Positions 8,477 through 18,779 of a DNA stretch of 64,000 bases are shown one piece after another. Made by a program: the position numbers and the translations under genes. Position 1 is the first letter of the stretch; each line of letters begins with the position of its first letter. This DNA is from an uncultured bacterium (GTDB taxonomy: Bacteria > Babelota > Babeliae > Babelales > Babelaceae), in assembly GCA_963717435.1 (NCBI GenBank), contig OY970332.1, forward strand, positions 192,001 through 256,000, read 5' to 3'. A model generated the notes under the pieces. It was not told the DNA's origin. It made no database searches and saw nothing but the letters and a program-made list of their open reading frames with translations.

Positions 8477-9319
8477 ATGAACATAGAGTCAACAAAAATA
8501 TCTATTTTCCACGAGAAACAGATTCGAAAAATACTTCTTAATAACGAATGGTATTTTTCGGTAATTGATGTGTGCGCAGTCTTAGTAGAAAGCACAGACT
8601 CCGGCGCATACTGGAGAAAGCTAAAACAACGATTGGTGGCTGAAGGAAGTGAAGTCGTGACATTTTGTCACGGGTTGAAATTAACAGCACCAGATGGCAA
8701 AAAGCGTGAGACCGACTGCGCAAATACCGAAGGCATATTTCGAATTATTCAAGCTATACCGTCCCCCAAGGCAGAGCCGTTCAAACTTTGGTTGGCTAAG
8801 ATAGGTAAAGAACGCATAGAGGAAATAGAAAATCCTGAATTGGCTATGAACAGAGCTAAAAGTCTCTATGAAAAAAAAGGTTATGAAAAAGGTTGGATCG
8901 ATAAAAGAATGAGAGGCATATCGGTAAGACAAAGTTTAACTGACGAATGGGCCGAAAGAGATATTAATCGGTCTATCGATTATGCAATTTTAACTAATGA
9001 CATTATGCAGGGTGCTTTCGATTTAAAAGTTCAAGAATACAAAGACATTAAAGGTCTTGAGAGAGAGAACTTACGCGATCACATGACGGATCTTGAACTT
9101 ATCATCACGATGCTCGCAGAAGCGACAACGAACCAAATTACGCAACAAAAAGATTCAAAAGGCTTGGATAAACTAAGAGTTGATGCCAAACTTGGCGGAG
9201 CGGTTGCTGGAAGAACTCGTAAAGATATAGAGTCTCAAACTGGCAAAAAAGTTATTTCAGAAGAAAATTTTTTGCCCAACAATAAAGTTAAAAAAATAAA
9301 AAATTATGAACAGAATTAA
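8477..9319 (+). CDS. Bro-N domain (phage antirepressor-like) protein
   Basis: EWYFSVIDV, YWRKLKQRL, LKLTAPDGKKRETD, RIIQAIPSPKAEPFKLWLA, ENLRDHMT. Confidence 0.88.
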   Translation: MNIESTKISIFHEKQIRKILLNNEWYFSVIDVCAVLVESTDSGAYWRKLKQRLVAEGSEVVTFCHGLKLTAPDGKKRETDCANTEGIFRIIQAIPSPKAEPFKLWLAKIGKERIEEIENPELAMNRAKSLYEKKGYEKGWIDKRMRGISVRQSLTDEWAERDINRSIDYAILTNDIMQGAFDLKVQEYKDIKGLERENLRDHMTDLELIITMLAEATTNQITQQKDSKGLDKLRVDAKLGGAVAGRTRKDIESQTGKKVISEENFLPNNKVKKIKNYEQN

Positions 9320-10205
9320 AAAACATCTTTTATTATCAATATTTTTTATTCCGCAAATTATCCTAGCAATGGACCAGAGCATGGCTCCAATGGATTTTGA
9401 TCCACGTCCTTATAAATTAGAAGCAATTAACCTACAACGTTATATATATCAACCTAAGGACGTAGATAAGAAATTCTTAAGTTTGGCTACAGATTGTGCT
9501 CCGCAAGAAATTTTAAAGATAGCTCAGGATAAAAAACAATCACAGGAAAATAGCGATTCAATTGTTAACTGTATGCTTCTTACAGGAGATACTGGTATTG
9601 GCAAATCGCTTCTTGCCAAAGCAGTTGCATTTGAAACAGGTTACGTCTTTTTGCATATTCTTCTTGGGGATATATTAAGATCTCATAGAAATGAAACTGG
9701 GTTATTGTTATATAAGATAGTAGAAAAGGCGCAAGAACAATTTGAAAAAGTTGTGATTGTTGTAGATGATATAGATATTCTTTTACGTGCCTATAATAAC
9801 AAGCATCATGATTCTGACTTTACAACCCATGTTTTATGTAAAATCTTGGAAAAAAATTCTAATAACTCAAATTTTTTATTTATAGGAACAGCATTTAATC
9901 CTGAGTTAATTTCACCTCAAATGATGCAAAAATTTGGTAAAAATATTTTTAATCTATCTGTTCCAAATGATTTAAATCGCAAGAAAATTCTTGAAAGTTA
10001 TTTAAATGGTATGGGGAAAGAGGTGGATATTAGGGTTTATCGAAACATAGATTTCCTGGTTTCTAAAACTCAAGGCTTTACTCCTAGATACTTGCAACAT
10101 CTTATTATATTAGCACGGCAGAATTCATGGAAAAGAGAAAAAGTAGATATGTATTGCTTTTATATGGCAGGTAAAAAAATGCAAGAACTTAAATCAGAAG
10201 AATAA
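9306..10205 (+). CDS. Exported AAA+ ATPase
   Basis: Signal peptide ending LAMDQ; Walker A GDTGIGKS; Walker B-like VIVVDDID; TQGFTPR lid region. Confidence 0.8.
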   Translation: MNRIKKHLLLSIFFIPQIILAMDQSMAPMDFDPRPYKLEAINLQRYIYQPKDVDKKFLSLATDCAPQEILKIAQDKKQSQENSDSIVNCMLLTGDTGIGKSLLAKAVAFETGYVFLHILLGDILRSHRNETGLLLYKIVEKAQEQFEKVVIVVDDIDILLRAYNNKHHDSDFTTHVLCKILEKNSNNSNFLFIGTAFNPELISPQMMQKFGKNIFNLSVPNDLNRKKILESYLNGMGKEVDIRVYRNIDFLVSKTQGFTPRYLQHLIILARQNSWKREKVDMYCFYMAGKKMQELKSEE

Positions 10206-10379
10206 AAGTTTGAACGTTTTTATTCTTGCCAATAAAAAGTATCCCCTCTATTTTCTGCATCTAAATAAAAATTGTTAGCTAATTTTCTCATGCAAAAAAG
10301 TTGCTGAAATAGTGTGGTAGAGTACACTTCTTATAGAAGACTTTTATATTTTTTTCCTAGATAATATTGTTACAAACAT

Positions 10380-10754
10380 ATGATACCCAAAATTATTCCT
10401 AGAATTTTTAACGGCCCTTGGCAATTAATACTTTCTGAAACATTACCCTGCATCCCATCTCAAGGTCTGGAGATCCATGTCCCAATCAACAACGAAAAAA
10501 ATGCTATCTTCAAATTTGTATTCGAAACCCTAGATAATTCAATTTTAAAAAACGCTAGCGTTAATCAAGCAGATAATACATTAATTTTTACACTTACAAA
10601 TTTTTTGAATTCTTTAAGCTCGTCACTTTCTGATCCATTTAAGTTCACTATTGGAGAAGACCATTTCTTTCTCCAATTATACGGCACGTCGACCGGGTAC
10701 GATGTTCTCTGCCTGACCATTGCAATTTTTAGGGAGAGAAAGGAAAGACTATAA
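10380..10754 (+). CDS. Hypothetical protein (beta-rich)
   Basis: 124-aa ORF, translationally coupled to the next gene (TAATG). Confidence 0.55.
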   Translation: MIPKIIPRIFNGPWQLILSETLPCIPSQGLEIHVPINNEKNAIFKFVFETLDNSILKNASVNQADNTLIFTLTNFLNSLSSSLSDPFKFTIGEDHFFLQLYGTSTGYDVLCLTIAIFRERKERL

Positions 10755-11074
10755 TGACTAAACGAGCCCTGAAGAGTTCTTATTCAAAATACAACGATAA
10801 TGTTATGAATCCATTAAAATGGACTACTATCGCTTTCGAAGCCTTCTTTTCTGCTACCCTATGGGTAACCAACCAGTTTTGGATTCAGATCGTATGTTTT
10901 TTATTCATGGCCACTATATTGTCAGTCTATTTTGGTATTTATATATTCTGGGCGTTGAGGGATCCAAGTAGACTACAATCAGAAGGATTTAACTTGGAAG
11001 AGGCTGCAATGATAAGCAGTAACGACAAAAGCACTGAGATAAAATTGGAAAATAATAAATCAGATATAAAGTGA
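10754..11074 (+). CDS. Small 2-TM membrane protein
   Basis: Two TM helices followed by RDPSRLQSE. Confidence 0.6.
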   Translation: MTKRALKSSYSKYNDNVMNPLKWTTIAFEAFFSATLWVTNQFWIQIVCFLFMATILSVYFGIYIFWALRDPSRLQSEGFNLEEAAMISSNDKSTEIKLENNKSDIK

Positions 11075-11232
11075 TACATAACTTATGTCATAGATTCGAA
11101 TTCTACCATACCTGCCAAATCTACCCAATCCCTCTTTCATAAAATTGTATTTACACTAGCCTCGTCATCATTTATAATTTCAATGTCTTTTTTAGTTTTT
11201 TAAAAACCATCAATATTATACTGGAGCCGAAC

Positions 11233-11769
11233 ATGGAATATGCTTATTTATTTTTTCTGTCGATATTAACAGGATCAATTTATTCTATGAAGCAAGATGG
11301 ACCTACAAGAATAAGAGAGATAACTGGATTTGAAATGGATCGTGAACTAATAACAGTTGATAGAGTAATTGTAAAAATTAATTATTTTGTTGAAAATAAT
11401 AATTATGATGAGGCTCAAAGATGGTTTTCTAGATTGGAACTATTGGCTTCAGCAGATTGGAAATGTTTTGATATTGACCAAATAGAAAAATATCAAGAAA
11501 TTTATTCAGAGCTTTATGATAAAGTAAATAGTATAAAGCCTAAAAATGGTCCTAAGCTGAGTGTATTTAAGCGCTTGGATCAAGAGGGTAAACTGCAACA
11601 AATAGAAAATGATTGGCTAATAGCAAAGCTAACAAACAACCAATGTGCTATTGATTGGACAGAATTGCTGGGTAAGAGCAAAAACACAGTGCCGTCTCCC
11701 AAAACATTAAGAAAAAATCGCATTGAAAGTCTTGTTGGAACTGGGCAAATAAAAGAGATGGATAAATAA
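11233..11769 (+). CDS. Exported hypothetical protein
   Basis: GGAG RBS; signal peptide ending YSMKQ. Confidence 0.65.
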   Translation: MEYAYLFFLSILTGSIYSMKQDGPTRIREITGFEMDRELITVDRVIVKINYFVENNNYDEAQRWFSRLELLASADWKCFDIDQIEKYQEIYSELYDKVNSIKPKNGPKLSVFKRLDQEGKLQQIENDWLIAKLTNNQCAIDWTELLGKSKNTVPSPKTLRKNRIESLVGTGQIKEMDK

Positions 11770-11803
11770 TTCTAAAATACTAATCATTTTGTTATTGTAA
11801 ACT

Positions 11804-11841
11804 AAACTGCCATACCAACTTTAATGTTAGTACGGCAGTTT
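11804..11841. terminator. Likely bidirectional terminator
   Basis: aaactgccatac...gtacggcagttt between convergent genes. Confidence 0.6.
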
Positions 11842-11856
11842 ATGTAACGTTTCAAT

Positions 11857-12174
11857 TTATTTTGTCTCTAGATAATCAGGCGATGCGTAATTGTCACGCG
11901 GCTCAATAGTATATTTAGTAGTATCATATTTAGTAGTTGAAGTAGTAATTACAATATCTTTTGAACATTTTTTACACGTTACAACATATTGTAAATCTGG
12001 ATAAATATTAGCTTTCATTTTATGGTTGCAATTAGGACAGCTTATATCCACGCATGAGACTTTTTCAGCTTGTTTTTGTTCTTGCTTTTCTTCTTTCTTA
12101 TCTTTCTTTACCGCAGATACAAAAGATGGCATAACAGCAAGTGTTGCTATTAATATTAGTATAGTTTTTTTCAC
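11857..12174 (-). CDS. Exported small zinc-ribbon protein
   Basis: Signal peptide, K/E-rich linker, CPNC...CKKC. Confidence 0.75.
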   Translation of the reverse strand: MKKTILILIATLAVMPSFVSAVKKDKKEEKQEQKQAEKVSCVDISCPNCNHKMKANIYPDLQYVVTCKKCSKDIVITTSTTKYDTTKYTIEPRDNYASPDYLETK

Positions 12175-12221
12175 AATATTTCTTTCAAAACATGTTGTTA
12201 TTTAATCTGTTGTTTCTAAAC

Positions 12222-12548
12222 TTAAGTTACAGTTACTTCACCATCAAAAGAGATGCTAATGTAAAAATAACGCTTGCAGCCTTTGCATTTTAGAGAACCA
12301 GAATGAGTAATTCCAGGCGCAGATAATGTCTCATTTGGTAAATCATATGAAAAAGTATTTTTGCAACGCGGACATTGAATTGGGAACGCACTATAGTTTA
12401 CAGATTGTCCAGAAGACTCGTAAGTCTCGCTTTCTCTTTCCTTTGACTCTTTCTTAGAATTGCCCCGTTTTCCAGCAATTAAAAGTAAAGGCATGAAAAC
12501 AAGTGATGCGATTAGTAGTCTGTTTGTTTTTTTCATAAATGTTATCAC
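12222..12548 (-). CDS. Exported small zinc-ribbon protein
   Basis: Signal peptide (probable start MKKT), K/E-rich linker, CPRC...CKGC. Confidence 0.75.
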   Translation of the reverse strand: MITFMKKTNRLLIASLVFMPLLLIAGKRGNSKKESKERESETYESSGQSVNYSAFPIQCPRCKNTFSYDLPNETLSAPGITHSGSLKCKGCKRYFYISISFDGEVTVT

Positions 12549-12559
12549 GTGTAATTTTA

Positions 12560-12859
12560 TTACGGAACTGCGACAATTCTAGGATTACCTAGCCCAACAA
12601 ATCTAGTATCCAAGATATATTTTCTTTCACAAGCCTCACATTTATGTGTGGTCAATCCTTGAACAGTAGGACATGGTATTATACGCTCAGTAGAGCAGTG
12701 TGGGCATATCATTGTGTAAGTAACAGCCACCGATGGTTGATACTCTCTTGTCTGTTCAATTTCTTCACGTTTATTATCTTTATTTTTGCCTTTTCCTGCA
12801 TTAACTAATGTTGGAGCCGCAAAAAGCATTGATAAAAGCAATATTGATATTTTTTTCAT
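12560..12859 (-). CDS. Exported small zinc-ribbon protein
   Basis: Signal peptide, GKGKNKDNKREE, CPHC...CEAC. Confidence 0.75.
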   Translation of the reverse strand: MKKISILLLSMLFAAPTLVNAGKGKNKDNKREEIEQTREYQPSVAVTYTMICPHCSTERIIPCPTVQGLTTHKCEACERKYILDTRFVGLGNPRIVAVP

Positions 12860-12894
12860 ATTTTTAGCTTTCTTAGGTTTTATTTTAGTATAAC

Positions 12895-13344
12895 TTATTT
12901 CTTTTCTTTTTTTTCTTTCTTGCTCTTCTTATTCTTCTTCTCTTTTTTTGATTCTTTAGAGTCGTCTTCCGTATTTCCGCCCTGTCTTTCTATGCTTATT
13001 ATTCTGGCATCACTAGTACTACCAACCGGAGGAATCGAGCGGCGACATTTTCTACATGGGAATGCGCATGGAGTTGGGTTTGAATCTTTGCATTCATATA
13101 TAACGGTATTAATAAAACCACAATTATCGCATTTGATTTGTGCATGACATATTTGATCCATAGGCACAATTAAATTGAATTTTTTCCATTCATCTAATCT
13201 AGGATCAAACCAATCAATTGATCTTTCTGCCCAATACGCTCTTCCACCAGCTTCATCCATTGCCATAAGAGATATTGAAACAAGATTAAAAACCATCAAT
13301 AATATTAAAAATGTTAAATTTTCTTTTATTGACAACTTTGCCAT
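12895..13344 (-). CDS. Exported zinc-ribbon protein with Lys-rich C-terminal tail
   Basis: Signal peptide ending MAMDE; CDNC...CRKC; KKEKKNKKSKKEKKEKK. Confidence 0.75.
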   Translation of the reverse strand: MAKLSIKENLTFLILLMVFNLVSISLMAMDEAGGRAYWAERSIDWFDPRLDEWKKFNLIVPMDQICHAQIKCDNCGFINTVIYECKDSNPTPCAFPCRKCRRSIPPVGSTSDARIISIERQGGNTEDDSKESKKEKKNKKSKKEKKEKK

Positions 13345-13497
13345 ATATTAATTCCTGATGTGAATTTTTTGTAGAAAAATGCTGTATATAATATATATTA
13401 TATTCTGAAATAATTTAATTCTATTTAAAGATAAGTCAATAATATTTAATAAATTTTTAATAATCATAATTCAAGATTAAAAGCTAAGTTTTATCGC

Positions 13498-16400
13498 ATG
13501 CAATATCACGAACTACAGACACGACTACTGCTAAAATTATACACAAAAAAACTGATATTTAATGCTTTATTTTTATTTTTAACAGTTATTAGTCCCAGTA
13601 TTATTAATTCTATGGGCTCAAGTAATTCTAGCGGTTCTGGCTTAAATTTTGAGGGTATTTTATTACCTAATGACATTGACATTGATAAACCTATTTTAAC
13701 TATTATTAAAAACTGTCCATATTGTAAAGTTGCTAATCAAATAGCTTATAATGAGGGTGACCAACCAGATTATTATAAATGCAATAATTGCTCCAAAAGT
13801 TTTTCTTTGAAAGAATCCAAAAGTAAAAAAATAGTTGCTGCAGTTGGCGGGGCGGGCTTAATTGGTGCAAAACTATGGGAAAAATTTTCTGGAGATAGCA
13901 ATGATCCGATAGCAAATTCGGTTATAGTTCATCTAAAAGATAAAGATGCGAAAACAACCCCTATTCCATTTCATTATTTACCCGATCAGTTTAAAGAAAA
14001 AGTTCATTTATTAAAAAATGATATTGGCACCAAAAAAGTTATTATCGATTGCGCCCTGTTTGGCAATGACACTATAAAGCTAATCTCTGAGATTTTAACT
14101 TATGAGGCTGGAGCCAAATTTATAAAAAACAGTAATGTTTCTTTCTCGTTAAAAAAAATAAAAGATTTTTTGCAAGATAATAATAATAATAAGCGCGCAG
14201 TTATTGAGAAAGCACAACATTTATTAAGAGCCTTAAAGTTTTTTAAAGTTAATGACAACTTATATGATCCTATCTATAAAGAGTGTAAATCTATCACGGG
14301 TTGCAAAAAGAAAGAGCTCTTGTTTTTGCAAGAAGATTTACTTGAAGAGCTGGAAGACGAGAGTATTTATTCATTAGGGCAGGATGAAAAAAAGTATAGA
14401 GAGAATGCTCCAACGTCAGAAAGCGAAAACCATTATCAAGAGTTATTATTTAATCAATTTAATCTATCCCCTATCAATAAAAGAAAAATTGCTTTTTATT
14501 TGTTAAAAAGAAGATTGCAGCAAGATCCTTATACGCCCGTTGTTGAGCCATATGTTATAGATAATGATTCTTGGCAAGATTTAGAAATAGTTGCCGGTTC
14601 TGGTTCGACCAGAAATACTTACTTTGCCGCATCGATCGATCAAACTTATTCAGAACTAGCAAAAGTTTCATTATATTTAAAGCTATTGCAGCCCACTGAT
14701 AATATAGATGAGATTGAAAAAAACAAAAAAATTATCAAGCTGTTCTTAGATAAACCTGAACTTTTTAAAGACTTAGACCTAATTTTTAAAGAGTTTTTCA
14801 ATAAAATCGAAAATGAAAATGGAATGTTGTCTTTTTTTCATGATAGAGGGGACTACTTTAAAAACGAAGTTAGAAAGGCATCATGGCCAGAATTTCTTCC
14901 TAATAAATTTGTTCAGTGGCTAAATAGTAATGAAATAAGTGTCTCTTTTTGGAACGCAAAAGAAAAAATAAGCTTGTGGTTTACTGAGCGCGCCACAAAA
15001 CCAGTTGATTATATTCACTCAAAATTCCCTTGGTTTTCAGGTGCGGCATCAAGTGTACTTGATATTGCTTGCTATATACCCATTGGAATACTTTATCAAT
15101 TTAACCCATATAAAGCTTCTTTGAAAATCTCAGATATTATAACCAAGCAGATTGTCTATGTTTTTAATAAAGAATTCGGAACATCTTTTCCTACTACTAT
15201 TGAAACATTTTTAGAAAATGAAATATCAAAAATAGCGGGTGATTTTATTTTATGCTTAAAGGACCAAAATCATCGTAAAAGCATTGTAGGAAGAGTTGAT
15301 GTAATTAATTGTCTTTATGAAAAACTATTTATTTTGTCAAAATTTATTAATTCTGCTAATCAGGTTCACAATATTTTGAAAGAAATGCCTGAACTGCAAA
15401 ATCATTTACCTTGTTTAAAAGCTTTAGATATTTTAAATAAATCAGATATAGGCAAGCTAGATTTTCTCTTAAATGAAACTCGCGATCCAGCAAGCTTCGA
15501 GCAGTTTATGCATAAGTTGGGGAGTAATATTTTTGAAGAAAAAAATAAAGCATGGACCAAAACACATTTTGGAAGAATTATAGCAACTTATTATTTGGTA
15601 AGTGTTCATAAAGAAAAACTTTTTGATATCTATATGGCACTTTGCGAATTGGACGTCTATCTTTCAATGGTAAGATTATACAACAAACATAAAGGAACCA
15701 CTCGACCATTTTGCTTTGTTGACCCAATTGTATCTGATGAACCAGTGATTGATCTAGAGGGATTATGGAATCCTATGCTAAAATCAAAAGCAGTTTCTAA
15801 TGATATCGCACTCGGCTGTAAGCAAAATTCCAAAGATGCTATTATTACTGGCCCTAATGAAGGTGGTAAATCAACTTTATTAAGAAATATAGTGTTTGCT
15901 ATGCTTATGGTAAAAATGGGTCTTTGTCCCGCCAAAAAAGCTGTTATTACGCCATTTTCAAACATGCGTGCTTATTTAAATATAACTGATGATGCGGCCC
16001 ATGATCGTTCTCTTTTTAGAGTTAGCACAGAAAGAGCCAATGAGTTGATCAATGTGGCTGGCAATACTCATTCTAATGGACCTTCACTTGTATTATTTGA
16101 TGAATTATATAATGGCACCAAGCCATCAACAGGAGAGGGATTGGCTTATGGGACGCTTAAATATTTAAATCAGATAAAAAAATTCCCAAGAAATATTTGT
16201 ATTGCTTCAACCCATTACCCTTGTGTTGCAAAATTAAGGGCAGAACTGGATACTGATTTTGTTTATCTAAGAGTTTGCGATAAAAGCGATGGTAAAGAAA
16301 ACCGCTTTAAGGTGTTGCCGGGTATTTATAGAGACTCTAACGGATTTGAGGTTGCTGAAAGTGCAAATGTTCATCCTGAAATTTTACGTTTTTCTCGAGC

Positions 16401-16824
16401 TCATTTTGAACAGAATATTAAAGATGCATATGCAGACGCTTATAAGCTTTATTTGGGCGCATTATCACATAAAGAAATTTTTGATGATTTTATTAGCAAA
16501 CTTGATGAACATGATATAGAAGCAGTTAATTTTTTTCATAAAATTACCTTAATCCCTGTTTACTGCAAATTACTGTTTAAACAGGCAGAATCACATGGCT
16601 TTAATATTAAAAAATTAATTAATTATCAAGATGCACATGGCAGAACAATTTTGCATCACATTGCAATCAATGACATTAAAGATCAAGAATTTATCAGTTT
16701 TTTAATCGAACATGGCGCAAAAACCAATCTTAAAGATGTTAATGGTTATACCCCAGTTGATCATGCTTTATACGCAAATAGCAAAACTAAATTAGAAGAA
16801 TCTTTAAATGAATCTAGTGAGTAG
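13498..16824 (+). CDS. MutS domain V ATPase family protein with N-terminal Zn ribbon and C-terminal ankyrin repeats
   Basis: ITGPNEGGKST, LFDELYNGT and STHY (MutS ATPase); CPYC..CNNC; GRTILHHIA...LIEHGA..NLKDVNGYTPVDHA. Confidence 0.85.
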   Translation: MQYHELQTRLLLKLYTKKLIFNALFLFLTVISPSIINSMGSSNSSGSGLNFEGILLPNDIDIDKPILTIIKNCPYCKVANQIAYNEGDQPDYYKCNNCSKSFSLKESKSKKIVAAVGGAGLIGAKLWEKFSGDSNDPIANSVIVHLKDKDAKTTPIPFHYLPDQFKEKVHLLKNDIGTKKVIIDCALFGNDTIKLISEILTYEAGAKFIKNSNVSFSLKKIKDFLQDNNNNKRAVIEKAQHLLRALKFFKVNDNLYDPIYKECKSITGCKKKELLFLQEDLLEELEDESIYSLGQDEKKYRENAPTSESENHYQELLFNQFNLSPINKRKIAFYLLKRRLQQDPYTPVVEPYVIDNDSWQDLEIVAGSGSTRNTYFAASIDQTYSELAKVSLYLKLLQPTDNIDEIEKNKKIIKLFLDKPELFKDLDLIFKEFFNKIENENGMLSFFHDRGDYFKNEVRKASWPEFLPNKFVQWLNSNEISVSFWNAKEKISLWFTERATKPVDYIHSKFPWFSGAASSVLDIACYIPIGILYQFNPYKASLKISDIITKQIVYVFNKEFGTSFPTTIETFLENEISKIAGDFILCLKDQNHRKSIVGRVDVINCLYEKLFILSKFINSANQVHNILKEMPELQNHLPCLKALDILNKSDIGKLDFLLNETRDPASFEQFMHKLGSNIFEEKNKAWTKTHFGRIIATYYLVSVHKEKLFDIYMALCELDVYLSMVRLYNKHKGTTRPFCFVDPIVSDEPVIDLEGLWNPMLKSKAVSNDIALGCKQNSKDAIITGPNEGGKSTLLRNIVFAMLMVKMGLCPAKKAVITPFSNMRAYLNITDDAAHDRSLFRVSTERANELINVAGNTHSNGPSLVLFDELYNGTKPSTGEGLAYGTLKYLNQIKKFPRNICIASTHYPCVAKLRAELDTDFVYLRVCDKSDGKENRFKVLPGIYRDSNGFEVAESANVHPEILRFSRAHFEQNIKDAYADAYKLYLGALSHKEIFDDFISKLDEHDIEAVNFFHKITLIPVYCKLLFKQAESHGFNIKKLINYQDAHGRTILHHIAINDIKDQEFISFLIEHGAKTNLKDVNGYTPVDHALYANSKTKLEESLNESSE

Positions 16825-16880
16825 TGGGCTGACAGTTAAGACAAATATTTTATTAATTATTAAAACATTAAAAGTATATT

Positions 16881-18101
16881 ATGAAATTTGTATCAAGATT
16901 TAAAGCTCTTTATTTTTTATTTATTTGCTTTATTGCCACACCAAACCTGATAGCAATGGAAAGCTCACTTGAGACTGAATCTACTGAAACTGTAGATATT
17001 GAAACCACTGACGGCCAAGAGCTTGTTTTTCAAGAGCCAATAGTTCCAAATGCTTCGTTAGAACTGGTTAAAAAAAATAGAGAAAAAATTGATAAGCAGC
17101 TATCGTTAAACTCTTGTAGAGTTGTTTTTGATATTTTTGCAATAATGCGTTTTATTGAACTTGATAATTCACTTGAGCTAGATATGACAAGCGAAGGGAA
17201 AAACCCTTTTATTAAACATAATCTCAAAAGTAAAGACGCAAAAAAGATTATCGAATTATTATTAGCATTTAATAAAGATTCTTTAATTAATAACGAAATA
17301 CTACATGCATTTATACTTTTTATAGATTCTATAGAACAAAAGAGATACTTAAAAAAAATAAATTTTAGAAAACCGGAAATCGATTTAGAATTTCTTAACA
17401 AATTGGATGATAGCCTAAAAACAACTCTTGATAAGTATAATTTTTTAAATTTCGATAAACACTTTAACCTGCCTATTGAGCTTTTGGCACACATATCCAT
17501 AGAAGAGTTAATTAAATTTAAAAAGATAAATACAAAAATTATTAAAAACAAAACTGATAATAATCTGGTACTTAAATTAAATAAATGCTCCCTGAAAACA
17601 GTTGATGGCTGGCAAGGGTTATCTAATCAGAATATTTTAGACCCCAAACTTGTGTGCTTTATTGACCTGAGTAATAATAATTTAAAACAACTTCCTGCTA
17701 ATATGCTCAAGGGATTTACTAATCTTAAAAAGCTTAATTTGGCTAATAACGAGCTTGAATCTCTGGAGCCACAATTTCTTATTGATTGCGTAAATATTAT
17801 TATTATCGACTTATCGAATAACAAATTAAAAATGCTTCCCGAAGATTTTTTATCTTACTGTAAATCTAAGCCTGAGCTTATTACAGTTAATAATCCACTC
17901 TTGGTTGATACAACAAAAACACCAAAAATTATTTTCATATCTGGGAATAATAGCAGGACTTCAAATACCCAAAACTCCTGCGAACCCGTTTTCCAACCCC
18001 GTGATGATAATGATTGGTACTGGTCCTGGATTTATGGTGCAACTACAATAGCAATTACCGTTGTTTGCGTTATCACTTATAAAATAGTTAGTAAAAAATA
18101 G
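16881..18101 (+). CDS. Leucine-rich repeat protein, exported, with C-terminal TM
   Basis: IDLSNNNLKQLP, LNLANNELESL, IDLSNNKLKMLP; signal peptide ending IAMES. Confidence 0.85.
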   Translation: MKFVSRFKALYFLFICFIATPNLIAMESSLETESTETVDIETTDGQELVFQEPIVPNASLELVKKNREKIDKQLSLNSCRVVFDIFAIMRFIELDNSLELDMTSEGKNPFIKHNLKSKDAKKIIELLLAFNKDSLINNEILHAFILFIDSIEQKRYLKKINFRKPEIDLEFLNKLDDSLKTTLDKYNFLNFDKHFNLPIELLAHISIEELIKFKKINTKIIKNKTDNNLVLKLNKCSLKTVDGWQGLSNQNILDPKLVCFIDLSNNNLKQLPANMLKGFTNLKKLNLANNELESLEPQFLIDCVNIIIIDLSNNKLKMLPEDFLSYCKSKPELITVNNPLLVDTTKTPKIIFISGNNSRTSNTQNSCEPVFQPRDDNDWYWSWIYGATTIAITVVCVITYKIVSKK

Positions 18102-18184
18102 CTGGTTATTTAATCACTTATTTGCGTTAATATAAATTTTTATACAATTTCTAAGTTTGTATTTTTCAAGAAAGTAATAAAAAA

Positions 18185-18589
18185 ATGACAAAAAACAGGT
18201 TTTCAAAGCTAATCTTAAGCATATCTTTATTAACAAGTTTTAATATTTTCACTATGGAACAACCAGAAGAGAAGCAGGAAGCAAATCAGAATGGCCAAAT
18301 TAACCCCAACGTAATTTGGATGCACGGCTTACCGTACTTTATTGCCACAAATGACCTTTCTTGTTTTGCGCACAAAAATTTGGAAGAAATAAAAAAACTA
18401 GGTGCAAAAAGTGATAAAATCCCTGATTTAAATAAAATTAATAGTGTAATACGAATAATTAGAGATAAAAACGGTCATACATATGAGTTGGTATATGGGT
18501 TGGCTCCTCTAAATGATTATGAGTTCGTCCCAAAACAAAACTCCAAAGGTGGCGCTAATCCAAAGCCCTTAATTGAAGATTTAGATTAA
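18185..18589 (+). CDS. Exported hypothetical protein
   Basis: Signal peptide ending FTMEQ. Confidence 0.65.
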   Translation: MTKNRFSKLILSISLLTSFNIFTMEQPEEKQEANQNGQINPNVIWMHGLPYFIATNDLSCFAHKNLEEIKKLGAKSDKIPDLNKINSVIRIIRDKNGHTYELVYGLAPLNDYEFVPKQNSKGGANPKPLIEDLD

Positions 18590-18779
18590 AAAGCTAAATA
18601 TTAGTAATAATTGCATGAAATACCTAAATTAATGAAACGCATCGGGGCTGAGGGTTAATTAATTTCACGCTAGTCATAAAAATTGTAAAATAGACCCCTA
18701 AATTAGTAAAAAAAATAGTGGTAAGCTATAATAAATAAGCTAATTATTAGATAACGATTACAACTTAAAAGGCAATATT

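Noticed and set aside
8477-11074. Prophage
   Set aside because: Only a Bro-N gene is present; no integrase, terminase, capsid or tail genes
13498-16824. Canonical mutS or mutS2
   Set aside because: No mismatch-recognition domain or Smr domain was recognised, so no gene symbol was assigned
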